Virus record (IMG/VR): IMGVR_UViG_3300033978_000724 | Location: 1 to 64,000 of that record | Length of the DNA stretch: 64,000 nt | Source: a virus | Reading direction: 5' to 3' (one strand) | Shown: piece after piece, positions 58,388 to 64,000 of the stretch | Layout of the letters: the number at the start of each line of letters is the position of its first letter | Position numbering within the stretch: the stretch's first letter is position 1 | Position numbers and translations under genes: made by a program | Notes under the pieces: generated by a model | The model's database searches: none | What the model was told of the DNA's origin: nothing | What the model saw: only the letters and a program-made list of their open reading frames with translations

Positions 58388-58855
58388 TTACGCCACATCT
58401 CTCAAATAAATCAGCAACCCATAATGAGCAATACATAAAGCATCTGCCATGCCATCATGTTGCTTCCTACATCTTGGTAAAATCAAATTAACCTGCGGAT
58501 AACGTCTGGTACAGAAATCTATCGCCGCATCTTTATCTTTAGCCGTACCACTCAATACCGATCCTTTCCACTTCTGAGGTGTTACTAATTCTAACGGTAT
58601 TCCCGCTCCCATCACCGCACCTAACACCATGCCGTAACCTTTGCCAAAAGAAAAAGTAGAAGCGACTCCCTGTCCTGGCATAGAATGAACCTGCTCTGAT
58701 ATTACTAACTCAACTTTATGACTTCTTAATGTCTCAATCAACGCCGAAACATTAATATCTTTACCAGAAATAGGAATAGGATAAGTAAACGCCTTATTGC
58801 CATCTATAATAGCTATTCCACCCTTCAAACCTGGATCAATTCCACATATAATCAT
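58388..58855 (-). CDS. ruvC: RuvC-like Holliday junction resolvase
   Basis: GIDPGLKGG, ISEQV, FSFGKGYG, VTPQKWK, DGMADAL. Confidence 0.88.
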   Translation of the reverse strand: MIICGIDPGLKGGIAIIDGNKAFTYPIPISGKDINVSALIETLRSHKVELVISEQVHSMPGQGVASTFSFGKGYGMVLGAVMGAGIPLELVTPQKWKGSVLSGTAKDKDAAIDFCTRRYPQVNLILPRCRKQHDGMADALCIAHYGLLIYLRDVA

Positions 58856-58890
58856 AGATATATTTTAACTAATTAATTTCTATAATTATA

Positions 58891-60360
58891 ATGCAGAAAT
58901 CTTCACGATCAACAAAAGAACTATTAACGCCATTAACTACCGCATCAGCTACCAGGTTTTTAAAGAATAAAATAAAATCATCTGATACTAAAGAGAAATT
59001 ATCATGGGTAGATTTTGCTAAGAAATGCCAGATACGGTCGGGGCGTGAGTTAATACCATTCACCCCGTATGATTGGCAGGAGCAGTTTTTAGAACAAATA
59101 GAAAAACATTCTGGTATCGTTTTATGCAAATCAAGGCAATTAGGAGCCACAGAATTTATTGGCAACTGGTTATTATGGCAGGCATCAAACGATCCTGGTT
59201 TCGTTGCAGTGGTATTCTCCAAAACTCAATCAGACTCTAGTGACATCGCCAAGCGAGTAAGAGATATGATTGTCACCTATCCTGACTTAGCATTTGAAAC
59301 TAACAACCAAAAAGATTTAAAATTATTGAATGGTGGCAGGATTATCTTTAAAGCATCAACACCTAACGCCGCCCGTGGTATTCCTTCGGTGGCAGTAGTA
59401 GTATTTGATGAATGTGCTTTTGTGGAAGGGGTAGAAACGATATACGCATCAGCACAGCCCGCTACTTCTATGTTAGGTGATAAAGCTAAGACAATATTAA
59501 TGAGTACCCCAAATGGTCAACAAGGTTTCTATTGGGAGATGTTACGAGAGGGGAACGAATCAGAAGAAATATTAAATATTTGCCGAGGCATCAGGACAGG
59601 AGAATTACCACCTGTCCTGTATTGGTCTGACAATCATTGGTGCAAGTTTTTTGTACACTGGAAATCTCACCCGGTTTATGCCTCTGATGAGAATTACTTA
59701 CAGAAAGTGAAGGACAGGCAGAAATTAACCGACGCTCAATTACAGAGAGAATATGACCTAAACTTTGAGGAAGCAGTAAACGCACTCTATCCACAGGAAT
59801 TAGTATTAAGAGGTGCTAGAGGCGTATTCCAGAACGCTATGCAAGGTAGAAAATACATAGCCGGCATTGATCCGGCATTTGGTGGTTCTGATTATTTCTG
59901 CTTGACTATTTGGGATGTTAGTTTTAATCCATACCAATTAGTCAGGATGTACCGAGAGAATAATAAGAGTAAGGATTATAACTTAGTGAACACGGTACAG
60001 ATATTAAGTCAATATCGCCCGTCTGTTGTGGGGGTGGAAAGTAATTCAGGCGGGCGGTTAATACTTGAGGATTTAATAAACAAGATGCCATGGTGCAAGA
60101 TTGAGGCTGTGAACACCACTGAATCATCTAAGATTGTCGCCACGGATAGATTATTATTACTATTGGAGCGTGATCAGGTGATCTACCCGGATTGTGAGTT
60201 AAAATCTGAACTACTCAACTTTAGGGAATCAATCAATGGTACCAGGAGAAAAAGAGAGGCAATAGCTGGTCATGATGATACTGTCATGAGTTCTGCTATT
60301 GCCTTTAGTGTGTTCTCTATTCCTTTCTTTGATGCTGGAATAGGAACGGTTAGATACTAA
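58891..60360 (+). CDS. terL: Terminase large subunit
   Basis: PYDWQ, KSRQLGAT, VVFDECAF, MSTPNG, QREY, AGIDPA, GHDDTVMS. Confidence 0.95.
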   Translation: MQKSSRSTKELLTPLTTASATRFLKNKIKSSDTKEKLSWVDFAKKCQIRSGRELIPFTPYDWQEQFLEQIEKHSGIVLCKSRQLGATEFIGNWLLWQASNDPGFVAVVFSKTQSDSSDIAKRVRDMIVTYPDLAFETNNQKDLKLLNGGRIIFKASTPNAARGIPSVAVVVFDECAFVEGVETIYASAQPATSMLGDKAKTILMSTPNGQQGFYWEMLREGNESEEILNICRGIRTGELPPVLYWSDNHWCKFFVHWKSHPVYASDENYLQKVKDRQKLTDAQLQREYDLNFEEAVNALYPQELVLRGARGVFQNAMQGRKYIAGIDPAFGGSDYFCLTIWDVSFNPYQLVRMYRENNKSKDYNLVNTVQILSQYRPSVVGVESNSGGRLILEDLINKMPWCKIEAVNTTESSKIVATDRLLLLLERDQVIYPDCELKSELLNFRESINGTRRKREAIAGHDDTVMSSAIAFSVFSIPFFDAGIGTVRY

Positions 60361-60414
60361 ACGAATCTCTCAGGATAGGCTCTCTTTGCTTGCTCCAAAG
60401 AGAAAAGTTTTATC

Positions 60415-60636
60415 CTATTTGGTTAAATTGACTCCGTTTAAACCGTTCACTACCATGTTGCTTAGTTCTTTTAGCACAATACAACTAAGCTCCGCCTCTG
60501 ACGAAGAGGCTATTATTTTTTTTGTCATTTCCTCGTCTTGTAAAAACTGTGAAACCATTTCCTTCTTTTCTTCAAAGGTAAGGCAATGCTCCTCACATAT
60601 ATTTTCGTAAGCTATTTTTAATTGCTGTCTATCCAT
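60415..60636 (-). CDS. Hypothetical protein
   Basis: GAGGG RBS. Confidence 0.6.
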   Translation of the reverse strand: MDRQQLKIAYENICEEHCLTFEEKKEMVSQFLQDEEMTKKIIASSSEAELSCIVLKELSNMVVNGLNGVNLTK

Positions 60637-60653
60637 TTTTCCCTCTTTGTTGG

Positions 60654-60821
60654 TTATTTGGTTAACTCTTTTAGCTCCTGATGGAGCCTCTGGTTTTTCT
60701 GCCTAAGACTGGTCACGGTCTTAAACAGGGCTTCGTTTTCTTTCAGGAGTCGCCTGACTGACTCTTCTAGCTCATCTCGTGTCATTTCTGACAACGGAAT
60801 AGGCGCACCTGGTTTATTCAT
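60654..60821 (-). CDS. Unannotated 55-aa coiled-coil protein
   Basis: MNKPGAPIPLSEMTRDELEESVRRLLKENEAL..LRQKNQRLHQELKELTK; overlaps the upstream stop. Confidence 0.6.
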   Translation of the reverse strand: MNKPGAPIPLSEMTRDELEESVRRLLKENEALFKTVTSLRQKNQRLHQELKELTK

Positions 60822-61035
60822 GTGGTTCTACCACTGAAATATACTTCTCTCCTTTTACATAGCGAAACTTTAAAAACCCGTCTCTAATTGCTTCGTCTAA
60901 ATCCTGGCGAATAGTACAATCTACTGACCTGGTTCCTAGTTGGGATACAATATTCACCCATGCCATCTCTTTATGGACCGACTTACTTATTAATTGTTTT
61001 ATTTTCTCTAGCATTGTTTGTTGATTTTCTATCAT
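60814..61035 (-). CDS. Hypothetical winged-helix-like protein
   Basis: AAGGAG RBS; TIRQDLDEAIRDGFL. Confidence 0.6.
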   Translation of the reverse strand: MIENQQTMLEKIKQLISKSVHKEMAWVNIVSQLGTRSVDCTIRQDLDEAIRDGFLKFRYVKGEKYISVVEPHE

Positions 61036-61083
61036 CGTTTTTCTCCTTTTATTTTTAGTTTATCGTCGTTTCGGACGGGACTA

Positions 61084-61587
61084 TTAAAATACTACTTCGG
61101 GGTCTAATAACACCTGTTGGGATAAGTCTCTGTGATGATAGATGAAGTATTGCACGTCTCTAGGTAATAAGTTGTTTTCTATTGCGTTGGTTGTCCAACC
61201 GATATTTTTCCTGAGGATGTCAATCACCCAAGATAATTGACCGGCTGTCCCCCATATCCCTAACTTTCTACAAACATCTGCTTTCTGTCTAGCAGTGCCG
61301 GCCATGAATATTTGATGGGCTAAGTTAGCCGCCCGGACTCTCTCCGGGGTAACTACGGGATTTTCAGTCTCTAGTTTCTCTATTTCTTTATTAATAGCGT
61401 TCAACAAATAACCAAACACATCAGCATAATACTTGGCGGTTGTGGCTACCTGAGTGTTTTCTGGATTGGCTTTAGCTACGGGTTCGTTATATCTAGTCAT
61501 TTCTAACAATAAACTAACAATTCTAGTTTTGTTGTTATATTTTTTTGCTACTTTTAGCTGGGCCAATAATACTTTTAAGTTTTTCAT
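61084..61587 (-). CDS. Hypothetical early protein
   Basis: Start ATG 61587 after a GGAGAGGA leader shared with the 63576 gene. Confidence 0.65.
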   Translation of the reverse strand: MKNLKVLLAQLKVAKKYNNKTRIVSLLLEMTRYNEPVAKANPENTQVATTAKYYADVFGYLLNAINKEIEKLETENPVVTPERVRAANLAHQIFMAGTARQKADVCRKLGIWGTAGQLSWVIDILRKNIGWTTNAIENNLLPRDVQYFIYHHRDLSQQVLLDPEVVF

Positions 61588-61785
61588 TTTATTTTCCTCT
61601 CCCTTAAGCCGGAGTCGCTTTTCATTTGTTTCTATATTTTTATAATACACGGTTATCTGTATTTTAACCAGATAGACCTATATAAATTATTTATACCCTT
61701 CAATGAAAATCCACTATTTCACTTATCATTTAAAACATAGATAACCGTGCTAACCTGAGAATCATATATATAAAGGATAAAAACA

Positions 61786-62016
61786 ATGGTAACTAGAAAC
61801 CCCAAAGGCAGTCCCGCCACTTTGACCTCATTCAAAGTAGAAGGACCATTAATCATCCCAGGCGACAGATTGTCTAAAAAGATGACTGCGATCCGACTCC
61901 AGCAAAAGGTAGAAGACGCTTTAAACAAAATCCCACCCAAAGAACGGCCCGCTTTTCTCAGAAAATGTATCACCGAAGCATTAGTCACAAGTGGACTTCT
62001 TGATCTGCCTGACTAA
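61786..62016 (+). CDS. Small RHH-like DNA-binding protein
   Basis: MTAIRLQQKVEDAL..RPAFLRKCITEAL; AAAGGA RBS. Confidence 0.6.
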   Translation: MVTRNPKGSPATLTSFKVEGPLIIPGDRLSKKMTAIRLQQKVEDALNKIPPKERPAFLRKCITEALVTSGLLDLPD

Positions 62017-62087
62017 GAATAATTACTTAATCACCTGGACTAATTTAAAAATAATCATGGGCCGTTATGGTCCTTTTTTGTTTGCCA

Positions 62088-62372
62088 ACCCCAAAATACC
62101 TGAGATAAATTAGTCAAAAGTCAATTTTCATTCGCCTCTGTGGTGGTCTGGTGTGATTCATGCCAGGTATAGATTACACGCATGACAAAAAGTGTATTTT
62201 GCTAAAACAACTTAAAATGTAACGAAATGTAACGCTAACGGAAAAGGTTGATCGTAGCCGTCGGTATTTGTTGCGAACGCATATCATTCACGCAGGTAGC
62301 GAATCGCTAAAAGTCTATCCTAGTATTGATTACAGAGATGACAGAATTTGCTTTATAATATAATAAGAACAT
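62088..62372 (-). repeat. Dispersed ~300-bp non-coding element, copy 3 (inverted)
   Basis: Reverse complement aligns almost without gaps to 12766-13048. Confidence 0.95.
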
Positions 62373-62403
62373 CTGCAATGAATAAATAATCATTCCTTGG
62401 TAA

Positions 62404-62837
62404 ATGTATATCAATCTAAAAATACAAAAAGTCCACCCGCTGGCGAAGTGTCCAAAATATGCCCATGAGTTTGATGCTGGCATGGACTTGTTTTCTGTGG
62501 AAGAAAAAATATTAGGGCCGGGCGAGAGTGGATTGATCGGGACCGGGTTAAAAATTGCTTTACCAAAATACACCGAAGCACAAATTAGACCTCGGAGCGG
62601 GTTGGCTTTAAATCATCAGATAACGGTGTTAAACAGCCCTGGGACGATTGATTCTGGTTATCGTGGGGAAATAGGCGTTATTCTGATTAATCACGGTTTA
62701 AGCCCGTTTAAAGTTGAGGTAGGGATGAAAATAGCACAGATGGTATTGGCTTCTGTGCTAAGAGGTCGAATATTGGTTGTGAGCGAGTTGGATGATACTA
62801 GCCGGGGGAGGGTGGTTTTGGGTCTAGTGGGATTTAG
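62404..62837 (+). CDS. dut: dUTPase; motif V lies in a shifted frame (G5 run at 62804-62808)
   Basis: AGMDL, QIRPRSGLA, PGTIDSGYRGEI, KIAQMV; adding one G restores RGEGGFGSSGI-stop at 62837. Confidence 0.93.
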
Positions 62838-62873
62838 CGAAAAGAAAACCGCCAGGTTAAGGCGGCGATGATG

Positions 62874-63185
62874 TCAATCATGGTACATGGGGTCAAATAA
62901 GTATTTTTCTACTTCAAAAAGTATTGCATCCCTATTCTGATTAAATTCTTCGTTAGGTATTTTTCGCCATCTTTCGGCGGAGCAATTAAAGTCAGGTGGT
63001 TCCCCATCACCCACTGCATTACTTCCCCAATAGCAGACAATATTAATTTGAGTATTCTTAGGGAATTGATTTATCTCTAATTCATAAAACGCATCAGGAT
63101 TGCACTCGTTTTCTCCTGTTAGTTTTATTACTTCAGAGGTAAACGGAATCTTTTTGCCGTCTGGCGTTGTGTAATGTTTAATCAT
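62874..63185 (-). CDS. Hypothetical protein (start moved to ATG 63185)
   Basis: ACAAAGGAC RBS at 63193-63201. Confidence 0.65.
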   Translation of the reverse strand: MIKHYTTPDGKKIPFTSEVIKLTGENECNPDAFYELEINQFPKNTQINIVCYWGSNAVGDGEPPDFNCSAERWRKIPNEEFNQNRDAILFEVEKYLFDPMYHD

Positions 63186-63249
63186 TGTTTTTGTCCTTTG
63201 TTTATGTGTGTATTTTAAGCCTTTTATACTCATGCTTGGGAGTTGAGAT

Positions 63250-63576
63250 TTAAAATTCTACAGCGGGGTCAAGATAAACCCCATTAAAAAACTTATCTTG
63301 ATTGAAAGGCGTTTCATTTGGGATGTCTCTAACCTGTCTAGGCTCTTTTGTATCCTTAGCACCTAAACTAGATGCCATCGAATATTTGCCGTCGGGGTAA
63401 ACCATCTCATATTCATCTCTGTAACTAGGCTCAATTCTTCTTGTGATTAATTCATTTGTCGCCAAACATTTAATGGTGACGGTTTTGGCGGTCCGTTTAA
63501 TAACGGAATAAGCGAATACATGATCACTTACTATAGATAAAGAATAATAAACAGTACCAACTTCAAACTTAATCAT
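63250..63576 (-). CDS. Hypothetical early protein (SH3/KOW-like FEVG..Y..VIKRTAKTV)
   Basis: Downstream of a promoter and the shared leader. Confidence 0.65.
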   Translation of the reverse strand: MIKFEVGTVYYSLSIVSDHVFAYSVIKRTAKTVTIKCLATNELITRRIEPSYRDEYEMVYPDGKYSMASSLGAKDTKEPRQVRDIPNETPFNQDKFFNGVYLDPAVEF

Positions 63577-63629
63577 TTTATCTTTCCTCTCCCTTAAGCC
63601 GGAGTCGCTAAACTTGTTTCAATAAAACC

Positions 63630-63658
63630 AATATAAATCAATACTTTTGAATTGTCAA
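63630..63658 (-). promoter_or_regulatory. Sigma70-type promoter
   Basis: TTGACA-N17-TATATT on the minus strand. Confidence 0.8.
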
Positions 63659-63794
63659 TACTTATTCAAAAGATTTTTACAAACCCACGAAAACAATAGA
63701 TCATAGCCGGCTGGACCAGATACCGGCCCGGCTTGTAGCGTGTTACTATTAGTCCAACTCATGATATAATATTAAAAACAAAGGACGATATATT

Positions 63795-64000
63795 ATGAGA
63801 AAACCTAAGCAACATTCCCATAGTACAAAATATAGAGATTATATCCAGTCAGATAGATGGCGGGCGTTAAGAGTAAAAACATTCAGCATGACCAATAATC
63901 GGTGCGTAGGATGCGGGGATAAATGCACCGAGTGTCATCATTTAAGTTATGACAACCTAGGAAAGGAAAGGATCGGCATAGACATTGTGCCTCTTTGTTC
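63795..64000 (+). CDS. HNH endonuclease (cut off by the window end)
   Basis: YRDYIQSDRWRALR..CVGCG..ECHHLSYDNLGKE..IVPLC; ACAAAGGAC RBS. Confidence 0.85.
   Translation, partial: MRKPKQHSHSTKYRDYIQSDRWRALRVKTFSMTNNRCVGCGDKCTECHHLSYDNLGKERIGIDIVPLC

Larger units (their letters stand above)
1..64000. mobile_element. Segment of a tailed (siphovirus-type) cyanophage or prophage genome
   Basis: TerL, portal, scaffold, major capsid, tail tube, tail chaperone frameshift, tape measure and tail fibre all present; no sheath gene seen; no host core operons; cyanobacterial-like DnaN and ThyX. Confidence 0.93.

Overview
AT-rich 64-kb segment of a large tailed dsDNA phage of siphovirus type (or a prophage/phage-plasmid). 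The host is almost certainly a cyanobacterium: cyanobacterial-type DnaN, ThyX, a DUF5895-like protein and a possible NblA are present. No host housekeeping operons, integrase, primase or DNA polymerase occur in the window. It carries a near-complete but unusually scattered, mixed-strand virion gene set: tail tip and fibre 13-24.5 kb; capsid, tail tube, frameshifted chaperone and an 11.4-kb tape measure 32.5-49.3 kb; portal, scaffold, TerS and TerL 52-60 kb. DNA-metabolism genes are dnaN, a DEDDh exonuclease, thyX, dut, RuvC, two C5 methyltransferases and ParB. There are also small regulators and one tRNA(CAT). The most notable observations are: (1) a tightly coupled minus-strand operon (2.7-9 kb) joining a membrane-anchored FtsK/TraB-like ATPase, small membrane proteins and three different membrane-anchored peptidoglycan enzymes with a shared N-terminal tag, which looks more like a cell-to-cell DNA transfer/spreading module than a simple lysis cassette; (2) three dispersed copies of a ~300-bp modular non-coding element at module boundaries; (3) an alpha/beta-hydrolase domain inside the tape measure protein; (4) beta-clamp-binding tails on phage proteins alongside a phage-encoded clamp; (5) a family of shared promoters, leaders and an ACAAAGGAC RBS. 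All calls come from motif recognition by eye; no database searches were run.
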